Positions 49,616 to 58,608 of a DNA stretch of 64,000 nucleotides are shown in pieces. This DNA comes from Phycisphaerae bacterium (GTDB lineage Bacteria > Planctomycetota > Phycisphaerae > UBA1845). Under the pieces are notes generated by a model. The model saw only the letters and a program-made list of their open reading frames with translations, made no database searches and was not told where the DNA came from. How positions within the stretch are numbered: position 1 is the first letter of the stretch; every line of letters starts with the position of its first letter. The position numbers and the translations under genes are program-made. Where the stretch lies: NCBI GenBank assembly GCA_963666835.2, contig CAXXGO010000003.1, positions 480,001 through 544,000 on the forward strand, in the 5' to 3' direction.

Positions 49616-52600
49616 ATGTTAAGGTTCTGCGCCAAATATGTCGTTCTGATGTCACTCGTCGCCATTGGTACGCCCGTCGCGACCGGCACACCCGCCGTGG
49701 ACGACCAGTGGGATTTCGATGTTAATGGTTACGTCGATTTGACGGACTTTCGTTTCTTTGAGGAGTGTTTTGCGGTATCGGGGGTTCGGGACGAGATACC
49801 GCCGGTTTGTTTAGCGTTGTTTGACGCGGACCGCGACGGGGACGTCGACTTTGCCGACTTCGCCGGGTTTCAAAACGCCCGGGGGCATACGCCGATTCCC
49901 CTCAAGGACAGCCTCGGCAGCGCCATTACGATCAACTCCTCCGTGCCGTACAGCCCCCGCCAGACTTGCGGGGACTGCCACGACCATGACGCCGACGAAG
50001 TAGCCAACGGCGAGTGGTTCCAGCAAGGCAGAACCGACTTGGCCGGCAACGTCGATATGGCCGACGACTACTACGGAGACGGAAGATACTGGATCAAGAG
50101 CGCCGGCCGGTACGGCAAGTGGGGCCAGTCCTTCCAGTTCATGCTCGCCGCCAAGGACAACCACCGCGCTTCCGACATCGACCAGTCCGCCTACGCCTGG
50201 GTCCGCGACTGCAGCGGATGCCACTCCGGAGGCGGGCCGGGCGAGTTCGATCGCGACAACCAGCCCTTCTACGACGAAGCCTCCGGGCAGTTCGGATATG
50301 AGCTGCTCGGCTACAGCGCCGGCGATGTAACCCTCGACGGCGACTACTGCGTACTCGACAGAACCAGCGGCACGGTCAGCCCCGCACCCTGGGACGAAAC
50401 GGGACTCTCCGAGCCCGACTGCCTTTTGTGCCACCGGGCGGACCGCACCAACGGCGGATCCGACACGATCCAGGCCAACCGCAGCAACACCCTCGCGGCC
50501 GGCAACAGCCTCACCGACGGCGGCGGAGCTCCGGTCCCCGCGTTTGCCGCCGCCTCGACCGCCGGGCAGGGCTGGTATTCCAGTTTCAGCAAGCCCGCCT
50601 CCGCAATCGCCGCGACCGAAGGAATGACCACCGCGGACGTAGCGTTTCTCGAAGCCCACGATCAGAGCCGCGGGGGCATAGCCGCCGCGTCCACTCTGGA
50701 CATCAACTATAACACCGGCGTAACCGACGGCAGCCTGACCGTCGGCAACAACGACGAGGTCTTCCTCTCGCCGGACTCCGTATCCCTCAAAACCGCCGAT
50801 CGGGCCTGCGTTAGTTGTCACCCCTTGGCCGTGGTCGCCGGCGAAGTCTGGTTCGACGATCGTGACATCCACTACCGCAAGTTCAACAACCTCAACGACG
50901 AGGACCCTGACAACGACATCCCGGCGGAGCGGAGCACCGTCTGCTCCGAGTGCCATCCGACCGGCTTGGACCACAATGCGGCCAAGGGCAACTCCTTCCA
51001 GCTCCAGTATCGTAACGAGCTGGACTGGGAGAACTTCCGCTCCTGTCGCGATTGCCACCTGACCGACAGTCCGGTCCGTCATCCGGACGCCCCACACGTG
51101 CCCGGCACGCAGACGATCCACAACGTGCCTCCGTTCGATATTCTCTCGTGCCAGGCCTGCCACATACCTTACGCCCTGACCGCCGGTCTGCTCTTCCGCG
51201 ACATCACCGTTCCCGGCAGCGTCGGCTGGACCCACCAGTATTACTCCGAGAACCCGCTGGATCCGACGCTCGAAGACAGCGACAGCCGCTGGTATCCGCC
51301 CCTGCAGCTCAAAGAGGACAGCGACGGCGTGAAGCGGTGGTTCCCGGCCAGCGTATGGATCATGTTCTACTTCGGTGACTGGGACGATAACGGTACTCCG
51401 GGCGATCTGAGCGACGACGTAATCGCACCGATCTACACCTGGCGAACCGCCCAGGCGACGGCGAACGTCCCGGCCGGAGTACTCCAGGACGACGACGGCG
51501 ACGGACGCGGAGAGATCAATACTCCGGCGGAGATTCTGGCTTATCTTACCGCTCTCCGCGGCAACGACTCCAACGGCGTACCGTTCGCGGCGAACCCGGT
51601 TCTGGTTCGCGGACCGCGGGTCTTCTACGAAGACCCGGCCAATCCCGGCACGGTGCTCTCGTTCGAGCATGAAGGGACCGGCATCCCAATGACGTCCTAC
51701 CCCTATATCTGGGGCATGGACCACAACGTACTTCCTCAGGAAGAAGCTTGGGGCCACGCTGCCGATCCGTTCGCCGGATGTCTGGACTGCCACCCGGCCG
51801 ACGGCGAGCTCTCCCCGGTCTTCGATCGCCTCATCCTCGTCGATCCGTTGGATGAGCACGGTCAGACGATCTACAAAACCGTCAAGGAACTCACCGACCT
51901 CAATCCTCACCCGCAAATGGTCCTCAAGGACTCTTTGGGGAACCCGATCACGGTCGACTCGACGGTGCCTTACAGCCCGCGGCAGACCTGCGGCGGCTGC
52001 CATGACCACGAGGCCGACGAGGTAGCCAACGGCGAGTGGTTCCAGCAAGGTCGCACAGATGTAGACGGCAACGTCGACATGGCCGACGACTACTACGGCG
52101 ACGGGCGGTATTGGACTAAGAGTTCCGGCCGGTACGGTCAGTGGGGTCAGACGTTCCAGTTCATGCTGGCCGCCAAGGACAACACCCGTCCGTCCGACAT
52201 TGACCAGTCGACCTTCGCGTGGATCCGCGATTGCAGCGGCTGTCACGCCGGCGGCGGTCCGGGCGAGTTCGATCGTGACGATCAGCTCCTCTACAACGAA
52301 ATCACCGGCGAGTTCGGTTACGAGCTTTTGGGCAAAAGCGCCGGCGACGTCGCCCTCGACGGGGACTATTGCGTAGTGGACGGCTCTACGGGGCAAGCCA
52401 GTCTCGCCCCCTGGGACGAGACCGGTCTCTCCGAGCCCGACTGCCTCTTGTGCCACCGCGAGGACCGCGACAACGGCGGCTCCGATACGATCCAGGCCAA
52501 ACGCAGTAATACCCTCGCGGCCGCCAACAACCTGGTCAACGGTGCGGGCGAACCGGTTCCGGGCTTCGCCGCGGCACCTACCGCCGGGCAGGGCTGGTAC

Positions 52601-53956
52601 TCCGAATACGCGTTGGCCTCCCCGGCCATAGCTTCCGCCGACGGGCTCAGTGCTGCGGATGAAGCGTTCGTCAATCCGGTTCCGGAAGAATCGGGCGGGA
52701 TCGCGGCGGCGAGCACGCTGACGATCGATTACTCGGTCGGCGTAGCGGACGGCAGTTTGATCGTCGGGGAGAACGACGTGCTCTCGCTGGCGTTGTCGTC
52801 GCTGGCCTACCCGCCGAAGGACCAGGCTTGCACCAGTTGCCACCCGATGGCGGTGGTCGCGGGGATGGTATGGTTCGACGATCGGGACGTACACTATGCC
52901 AAGTTCAACAACCTCAACGACGAGGATCCTGAGAACGACATTCCCGCCAACGAGAGCCGAGTCTGTACGGAGTGTCACGAGGGCGAACTGGACCACAACG
53001 TGGGCAAGGGTAACGCCTTCAATCTCCAGTTCCGTGACGAGTTGGACTATGCGAACGATTTCCGGTCATGCCGCGAGTGCCACCTTTCGGACAGCCCGGT
53101 GCGTCACGAAGACGCTCCGGAAGTCCCCGGTGATTTGAACATTCACGCGGTGCCGCCGTACGAGGTCCTCGCCTGCCAGGCGTGCCACGTGCCTTACGCT
53201 TTGACCGCCGGTCTGCTCTTCAGAGACAGTACCGTTCCCGGCAGCGTCGGCTGGACCCACCAGTATTACTCGGAAGATCCGCTGAATCCGGCGGCGGTGG
53301 ACGGCGACAGTCGCTGGTATCCGCCGTTTATGCTCAAGAAGGACAGCGATGGAGTCGAGCGTTGGTTCCCGGCCAGTGTCTGGATCATGCACTACTTCGG
53401 TGATTGGGACACTAACGGTACCCCGGGCGACTACACCGACGACACCGTCACTCCGCTGTATACCTGGCGAGTGGCTCAGGCCATTGCCAACGCCGCCACC
53501 GATCCGTGGCTGGCGGTAACCGACGCGGACGGTGACGGGCGCAACGAGATCAACACGCCCGAGGAGATTCTGACGTTCATCCAGGCCCTCAAGGGTAACG
53601 ACGACAACGGCGTGCAGGTCGCGGCCAACCCGGTGCTGGTCCGCGGTAAGCGGTTCTTCTATCAGGACCCGGCCGACTCGCACAATGTGCTGTCCCTCAA
53701 TTACGTCGGCAAGGGCATCGCCATGGAGGAATGGTACCCGTACATCTGGGGCATGGACCACAACGTGCTGGCCAAGGAAGAGTCGTGGGGCTACGGATCG
53801 CTTCCGGAGCGGAGTTGCAACGACTGCCACCGGGCTCTGACCCACGATTCCCCGGTCTTCGCTCGTAAGATCCTGGTCGACCCGTGCGACGAGAACGGTC
53901 AAGCCGTCTACGAGACCATGACCGACTTCACCGGCCTGGACCCGGACAACCCCTAG
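49616..53956 (+). CDS. Secreted 16-heme c-type cytochrome: N-terminal dockerin-like domain + two tandem octaheme modules
   Basis: Signal peptide, DFDVNGYVDLTDF...DADRDGDVDFADF, and 16 CxxCH motifs counted (8 per module). Confidence 0.95.
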   Translation: MLRFCAKYVVLMSLVAIGTPVATGTPAVDDQWDFDVNGYVDLTDFRFFEECFAVSGVRDEIPPVCLALFDADRDGDVDFADFAGFQNARGHTPIPLKDSLGSAITINSSVPYSPRQTCGDCHDHDADEVANGEWFQQGRTDLAGNVDMADDYYGDGRYWIKSAGRYGKWGQSFQFMLAAKDNHRASDIDQSAYAWVRDCSGCHSGGGPGEFDRDNQPFYDEASGQFGYELLGYSAGDVTLDGDYCVLDRTSGTVSPAPWDETGLSEPDCLLCHRADRTNGGSDTIQANRSNTLAAGNSLTDGGGAPVPAFAAASTAGQGWYSSFSKPASAIAATEGMTTADVAFLEAHDQSRGGIAAASTLDINYNTGVTDGSLTVGNNDEVFLSPDSVSLKTADRACVSCHPLAVVAGEVWFDDRDIHYRKFNNLNDEDPDNDIPAERSTVCSECHPTGLDHNAAKGNSFQLQYRNELDWENFRSCRDCHLTDSPVRHPDAPHVPGTQTIHNVPPFDILSCQACHIPYALTAGLLFRDITVPGSVGWTHQYYSENPLDPTLEDSDSRWYPPLQLKEDSDGVKRWFPASVWIMFYFGDWDDNGTPGDLSDDVIAPIYTWRTAQATANVPAGVLQDDDGDGRGEINTPAEILAYLTALRGNDSNGVPFAANPVLVRGPRVFYEDPANPGTVLSFEHEGTGIPMTSYPYIWGMDHNVLPQEEAWGHAADPFAGCLDCHPADGELSPVFDRLILVDPLDEHGQTIYKTVKELTDLNPHPQMVLKDSLGNPITVDSTVPYSPRQTCGGCHDHEADEVANGEWFQQGRTDVDGNVDMADDYYGDGRYWTKSSGRYGQWGQTFQFMLAAKDNTRPSDIDQSTFAWIRDCSGCHAGGGPGEFDRDDQLLYNEITGEFGYELLGKSAGDVALDGDYCVVDGSTGQASLAPWDETGLSEPDCLLCHREDRDNGGSDTIQAKRSNTLAAANNLVNGAGEPVPGFAAAPTAGQGWYSEYALASPAIASADGLSAADEAFVNPVPEESGGIAAASTLTIDYSVGVADGSLIVGENDVLSLALSSLAYPPKDQACTSCHPMAVVAGMVWFDDRDVHYAKFNNLNDEDPENDIPANESRVCTECHEGELDHNVGKGNAFNLQFRDELDYANDFRSCRECHLSDSPVRHEDAPEVPGDLNIHAVPPYEVLACQACHVPYALTAGLLFRDSTVPGSVGWTHQYYSEDPLNPAAVDGDSRWYPPFMLKKDSDGVERWFPASVWIMHYFGDWDTNGTPGDYTDDTVTPLYTWRVAQAIANAATDPWLAVTDADGDGRNEINTPEEILTFIQALKGNDDNGVQVAANPVLVRGKRFFYQDPADSHNVLSLNYVGKGIAMEEWYPYIWGMDHNVLAKEESWGYGSLPERSCNDCHRALTHDSPVFARKILVDPCDENGQAVYETMTDFTGLDPDNP
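49901..53945 (+). repeat. Intragenic tandem duplication, about 2022-nt period
   Basis: CTCAAGGAC (LKDSLG) starts at 49901 and 51923. Long identical peptides recur (PYSPRQTCG, ADEVANGEWFQQGRTD, PWDETGLSEPDCLLCHR, PYIWGMDHNVL). Confidence 0.95.
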
Positions 53957-54054
53957 ACTTCGGCCGTCGTTCCCCGGCGCGGGGCCCCTCGCCCCGCGCC
54001 GGTAACGAGGCCCGACACCAACAGCACAACCCCAAACCCGTACAACCCGCGTAC

Positions 54055-54453
54055 CGGTTGCCATGGTCCACGCTGGCGTGGCCATGCCGCCCAGGCGGCA
54101 GCCCGGTAGGGCACGGTCGAGGCACGAGACCTGCCACAACGATGCACGTCGCGCAAGGACCACGGCAGGTCTCGTTCCTCGACCATGCCCTACACCTGCC
54201 GCGTGGCTCGCGGAACCAGCCCGCCAGGGCGGCAGGTCTGCCTAGCCCGCGGCTTACGCCGCGGGGCTGGAGGACCTACCGCCCCAAGGGACTTGATGCC
54301 ACCCTGCGATCTCCCAACTACGCCGACATCGACAAGCAAGCCGGTCCGCGGAGCGGCCCCTACCTGCTACGCGTCAAGCCCCACGGGTCAACAAGTTGAC
54401 CCGTGACACCCAGGTGTCATCCCGGTAGGGCACGGTCGAGGTACGAGACCTGC
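54055..54453. repeat. Dense REP/REPIN cluster between convergent genes
   Basis: Inverted REP pair at 54106-54135 and 54164-54193, a third copy at 54425-54453, plus palindromes CATGGTCCACGCTGGCGTGGCCATG, CCGCGGCTTACGCCGCGG and CACGGGTCAACAAGTTGACCCGTG (54382-54405). Confidence 0.85.
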
Positions 54454-55771
54454 GTCGCGCAGGAACAATCCCGCCGTCTCGAATCGTCCCCAACGGCGCA
54501 ATCCGCCGGTTCTGTCCGTTCGAATCCCATTCAATCGTCCCGCCGACACCGGACCACGGACTCAATCCTCGAACGCTATCGCGAATCGCTTCACGATCGA
54601 GACCCGCGCGGCGGATCGCCGCGATGGTCAGAGTCATTGCGTCGTATGACAGCACGGCCGTGTAGTCCGGGGCAGCACCGAACCGGTCTCGAAACCGCTG
54701 TACGAAAGACGCCGCCTCGGCACCGGCGCCCGCTCCGTCCCACAACATCGGAAACACCAGGCCCCCGGCGGACTCCCCGGCCAGGCTGATGAAAAGCCGA
54801 TGCCCCATGCGCGGTCCGCCATAGACCGGCATCGAGAATCCGGCTTGGCGAAGAGTGATCAGGAACCGGGCCGCGTCTTCCGGGCCGGCGATTACTACGA
54901 GACCCTCCCAATCACGCCGCTTCGGGTAGCACAGGCTTCCAGCCTGCCCCTCTGCGCCCCCTTGACACGGGAGCAGGCTCTCAAACGACCTTGCCGAAGG
55001 CGGCACCGGTTCGGCATCCGGCGTCTGCTGCCCGATCGTCCCGCCATCGAACCCCGCGGCCGGGTCCGCTGACCCGTGAGCTTCTGCACCTCCAATACGA
55101 AGAGCCTCAAGCTGCGTACGAAAACCCGCAACCCCCGGCCTGAATTTCACATGACGAACCGGAAAGACCTTGCGATCCTGCAAAGCGGCAAGCAGCTCCG
55201 CCGTGAAGATCCGCGAGTCGTGATCGGTACAGGAAACTACGGCGACGCGGTCCGTATCATGCACAATGGCCTCGGCCAGAGCCTGTGCCAGAACATCGTC
55301 GCTGGGGGCACATGAAAACACCCACGGCACGTTGGCCAGGTTGGCGGTAGGATCAGTCGCCACCGGGCTGACGAAGGTAAGACGTGCCTTGGCCACGACC
55401 TGCTCGACCAGATGTGCCGAGGGCCCATCGGGCGCCCCGACTATGGCCCAGACCCCCTCGTCGTATGCCATCCGGGTGACCCCCACTATCCCCGAGCCCC
55501 ACGGATTCTGCGACCAGGAAGGCACAAGCCGAAACGGACGCCCTGCGAACCCCCCGCCCGCGTTAGCTTCCTCAACAGCCAGCTCGGCCGCGCCCCACAT
55601 CCCCCCTGCCAACGGGTGGTCCGCATCCGCCGGACCGTACCACCCGATCCGCACTTCGGAGTCTGCGGCCGGCCCGGCTCGCCCGGACGAGTCATCGCCG
55701 GCGCCCCCCGCCAGGAGTATTAAGACCGGCAAAGTCGCCCGCCCGTACCGGGATAGGCTCACAAAACGCAC
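54374..55771 (-). CDS. Periplasmic binding protein, Leu/Ile/Val (type I) family, with an internal insertion
   Basis: V.IGW.GP, GA.LAVEEAN..GG..G.PF.L, V.AIVG and F..RF..RFG..PD..A...YD. About 55-aa low-complexity insert. Confidence 0.85.
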   Translation of the reverse strand: MRFVSLSRYGRATLPVLILLAGGAGDDSSGRAGPAADSEVRIGWYGPADADHPLAGGMWGAAELAVEEANAGGGFAGRPFRLVPSWSQNPWGSGIVGVTRMAYDEGVWAIVGAPDGPSAHLVEQVVAKARLTFVSPVATDPTANLANVPWVFSCAPSDDVLAQALAEAIVHDTDRVAVVSCTDHDSRIFTAELLAALQDRKVFPVRHVKFRPGVAGFRTQLEALRIGGAEAHGSADPAAGFDGGTIGQQTPDAEPVPPSARSFESLLPCQGGAEGQAGSLCYPKRRDWEGLVVIAGPEDAARFLITLRQAGFSMPVYGGPRMGHRLFISLAGESAGGLVFPMLWDGAGAGAEAASFVQRFRDRFGAAPDYTAVLSYDAMTLTIAAIRRAGLDREAIRDSVRGLSPWSGVGGTIEWDSNGQNRRIAPLGTIRDGGIVPARRRSRTSTVPYRDDTWVSRVNLLTRGA

Positions 55772-55787
55772 GGGCCGGCCCCTTCTT

Positions 55788-57293
55788 CTAACGGTCCGCC
55801 GCGACTGTCTTACGATTCACCCGGTCGCGGGGGTGAATAACACCTTGAGGAACCAGCCAATCCTCGCGGGAGTAGTATTGATAGGCTCCGTTTTCTACTC
55901 TGGCGAAGAAAACCTCCCCCGCGTCATCGAGGCAAGCGCTGAGCGGAATCTCCCCCGTGACTCCGACAAACGGTGCCGGCCGGTGGGCGATGACATCCCT
56001 GATCTTGGCCCGGTTCAGCCCAGCCGTCTGTACCGCCCAGATCAGCATATTCATGCCATCGTAGCCGTGGGCGGCGTAAGTGTCGGCGTCGGCGCCGAAG
56101 CGTTCCCGGAACTTGCGGTGGAACTCCGCAAGTAGCGGATCGTCACGCTGCGGATCCCACGGGTAGCCCCCGATCACGCCTTCCGCATTCGCCCCGGCCA
56201 GTCTGATGAACTCCTGGGATACGCACCGATCACACACGAAGAACGGCTGGTTCATCCCGCGCACCCGCATCTCGTTGAGAATATATGCCCCATCCTCGGC
56301 ATCGCCCCAATGGACGATCGCTTCGAGATTACTGTTATCAAGGCGATCCAACTGCAGGGTGTAATCGCCGCCCCCCACCTGATAGGCCATCTCGAGCACG
56401 ATGGGTTGCCCGAGTCGGCGGGCGCCGTCGCGAATCTCGCGCACGCCGAACCGCCCATACCGATTGCTCGCCCGGATGATCCCAACCCGGCGAAGCCCCA
56501 GCTTGCGGTAAATATAGTCCACCAGCATGTATCCCATTCGCCGGTCATCGCCGATGCATCGGATGACCCACGGAATGTTCGTTTCGATAAACGTCGGATC
56601 GGTATCCCCGCTGTTGACCATGACAACTTCAGCCTTCAATGCCACTCGAATGGCAATATGACTGTTGGCTCCGTCGATCGTGCCGAGAATGGCCCAGACC
56701 CCATCCCGGTAGGCCATCTTGACAATCTCGTTACCCGACGCCCCCCACAACCCGTTGTCGTTCGAGATCACCAGCTCGAACGGAATGTCACGTTTGCGGT
56801 ATCCGCCGGACTCGTTGGCCTGCTCAATCGCCAGCCGCGCCCCGCGGAGCATGGCAATCCCGAGAATCTCTTCATGGCTCTTGCCTCCCGTCGCCACGGA
56901 AACCGTCGACATGATCGGCCCGATGAAGCCGATTTTTACGGTATCCACGTCATCCGGCTCGGGGATCGCCCGGCCCGGCCCCGTATACTCCATCTGCTCG
57001 AGAAAATGCTCCTTGAACGGGGTGACATGTCGGAAGGGTTCCACATCGACGGACGATCCGCCGTAGTTGTTGTCCTTCTGAAGTTCGAGCTTCGGCACTT
57101 CGTAAGGTCCGACGTCGATGACCTCCAGAAGTTTCTCTATGCCGGCGTCCGGCGATTCACTTATATCACCGGTTGTTTTCGCCACCCCGGCGTTATCGCC
57201 TTCAGACGCAGAATCCGCGAAAGCTGAAGCCGCACTCATCAAGACCGACCCGATTCCGATGACGGCCCACACTGCCATTCTATTGGTGTTCAT
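55788..57293 (-). CDS. Periplasmic binding protein, Leu/Ile/Val (type I) family
   Basis: Signal peptide, VKIGFIGP, GARLAIEQAN..GG, VWAILG and F.ERFG..AD.YAAHGYDG. ATGA overlap with the upstream gene. Confidence 0.9.
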   Translation of the reverse strand: MNTNRMAVWAVIGIGSVLMSAASAFADSASEGDNAGVAKTTGDISESPDAGIEKLLEVIDVGPYEVPKLELQKDNNYGGSSVDVEPFRHVTPFKEHFLEQMEYTGPGRAIPEPDDVDTVKIGFIGPIMSTVSVATGGKSHEEILGIAMLRGARLAIEQANESGGYRKRDIPFELVISNDNGLWGASGNEIVKMAYRDGVWAILGTIDGANSHIAIRVALKAEVVMVNSGDTDPTFIETNIPWVIRCIGDDRRMGYMLVDYIYRKLGLRRVGIIRASNRYGRFGVREIRDGARRLGQPIVLEMAYQVGGGDYTLQLDRLDNSNLEAIVHWGDAEDGAYILNEMRVRGMNQPFFVCDRCVSQEFIRLAGANAEGVIGGYPWDPQRDDPLLAEFHRKFRERFGADADTYAAHGYDGMNMLIWAVQTAGLNRAKIRDVIAHRPAPFVGVTGEIPLSACLDDAGEVFFARVENGAYQYYSREDWLVPQGVIHPRDRVNRKTVAADR

Positions 57294-58540
57294 GATCCAT
57301 GACTCCCCTCGCCCGATGAGGGCTTCTCTCGGTCGATGTGATTAGTGGCTCGCAGCCGCGGGTAGTAGCCCCGCCCTATCGCGTGCCCCAGTCCTTTGGA
57401 AGTGCCGAGCCAGGCGTCGTCGCCATCGAACTCAGCCCAGAGTACATAGTTGTGCGGCAGACTCATGCCGGTATCAACCTCGGCCAGCACTTCGGTACCG
57501 CGCTGAATGACCGCCTTCCCCCGGTGGTTGATCTGATCGCATGTATAGGTCACCCACGTGTCACTTTCGAAGTCAGCCACGACCCCGAGCCCTTTATCGG
57601 TGCAGAACCACGCCTCGTAGGCGGATCGCCCCTTGACGGCGTTGTTGAAGTCGCTGGGAAGCCCGCACTCGTGGGCGAAGTACCCGCGCCAGTGCCGCCC
57701 ATCGTACCGGCAGGCCCCGAAGTACGTGGTCACCCAGAGGATCTTCTCAACGTAGCTCACTCCCGTGGTGATTACGTGAACAACCCCGTCGTCGCGGTAC
57801 AGGTCGATCTCCATCTCACCATCCGGATCGAGATAATCCTTCCAGGTTCCCCGCTCAATGTCATATTCCAGCACCCCACTGCCCCAGATCCCCAGATAGA
57901 CCAACCCGTCCGCGTAGCAGCATCCGTAGTTCCAGATCTCTTCCATCGGAGCGTTTTTCTCGGTGAAGATCGACCATTCCCCGGTGACCGTGTTGTACCG
58001 GCTGGCCCCGGCCGTAGTAGCCGCCCAGATGTTGTCGTGCTCCACCGCAACGCCGTAGATCACATCATTAACCACCCCGCTGTTGAGCTGATGCCAGTGG
58101 TCGAAACGCCCCCCGCTAAAGCGGGCCAGCCCGCCCCCGAACATGCCGATCCAGACCTCTCCGGTACCGGGATGCACGTCAATTGCCGAGACGACCCGCC
58201 AGGGCAGCCCGTCCTCCTCGGTCCAGCTCTGTATCCTGCGGGTCTTCTTGTTGAGGCAGGCCAGCCCCCCTTCCGTACCGATCCACACCCGGTCGCCATC
58301 GACCTTAACAGCAAAAACGTGGTCGTTGGGCAGGCCGTCCTTCGTTGAGAACCGCTCCCACTCCGTGTACACGAACGGCAGGCCGAGCGCGTCCGCGGTT
58401 CCTCCCACAGCGGCGGCAGCGGCGGCCACCGGCCTCGCTTCCCCAGGCTCATCGGAATCTCCGCGCGCAGACGACACCGCAAGAAGTGCCACACAAACGC
58501 CCAATGCTCTGCTTCGGGTATGCTTAAACGAACTAATCAT
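57290..58540 (-). CDS. Secreted beta-propeller protein (two-component-regulator propeller repeats, no kinase domain)
   Basis: F...DGLP.D.V.A...DG..VWIGT.GGL repeats and a signal peptide. Confidence 0.88.
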   Translation of the reverse strand: MISSFKHTRSRALGVCVALLAVSSARGDSDEPGEARPVAAAAAAVGGTADALGLPFVYTEWERFSTKDGLPNDHVFAVKVDGDRVWIGTEGGLACLNKKTRRIQSWTEEDGLPWRVVSAIDVHPGTGEVWIGMFGGGLARFSGGRFDHWHQLNSGVVNDVIYGVAVEHDNIWAATTAGASRYNTVTGEWSIFTEKNAPMEEIWNYGCCYADGLVYLGIWGSGVLEYDIERGTWKDYLDPDGEMEIDLYRDDGVVHVITTGVSYVEKILWVTTYFGACRYDGRHWRGYFAHECGLPSDFNNAVKGRSAYEAWFCTDKGLGVVADFESDTWVTYTCDQINHRGKAVIQRGTEVLAEVDTGMSLPHNYVLWAEFDGDDAWLGTSKGLGHAIGRGYYPRLRATNHIDREKPSSGEGSHGS

Positions 58541-58608
58541 CTTACTGCCCTCCGGTTACTGCCGAGGCCGTTACCAAAAAGCGTGCTACGTTTCTTCTTC
58601 CCGAACCG

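Noticed and set aside
49811..52996. 1061-aa minus-strand ORF
   Set aside because: Antisense shadow of the 16-heme cytochrome. Val-rich, motif-free and explained by GC codon bias.
54510..54535. GTTCGAATCCC T-loop-like motif
   Set aside because: Lies inside a coding region with no cloverleaf around it. Not a tRNA.
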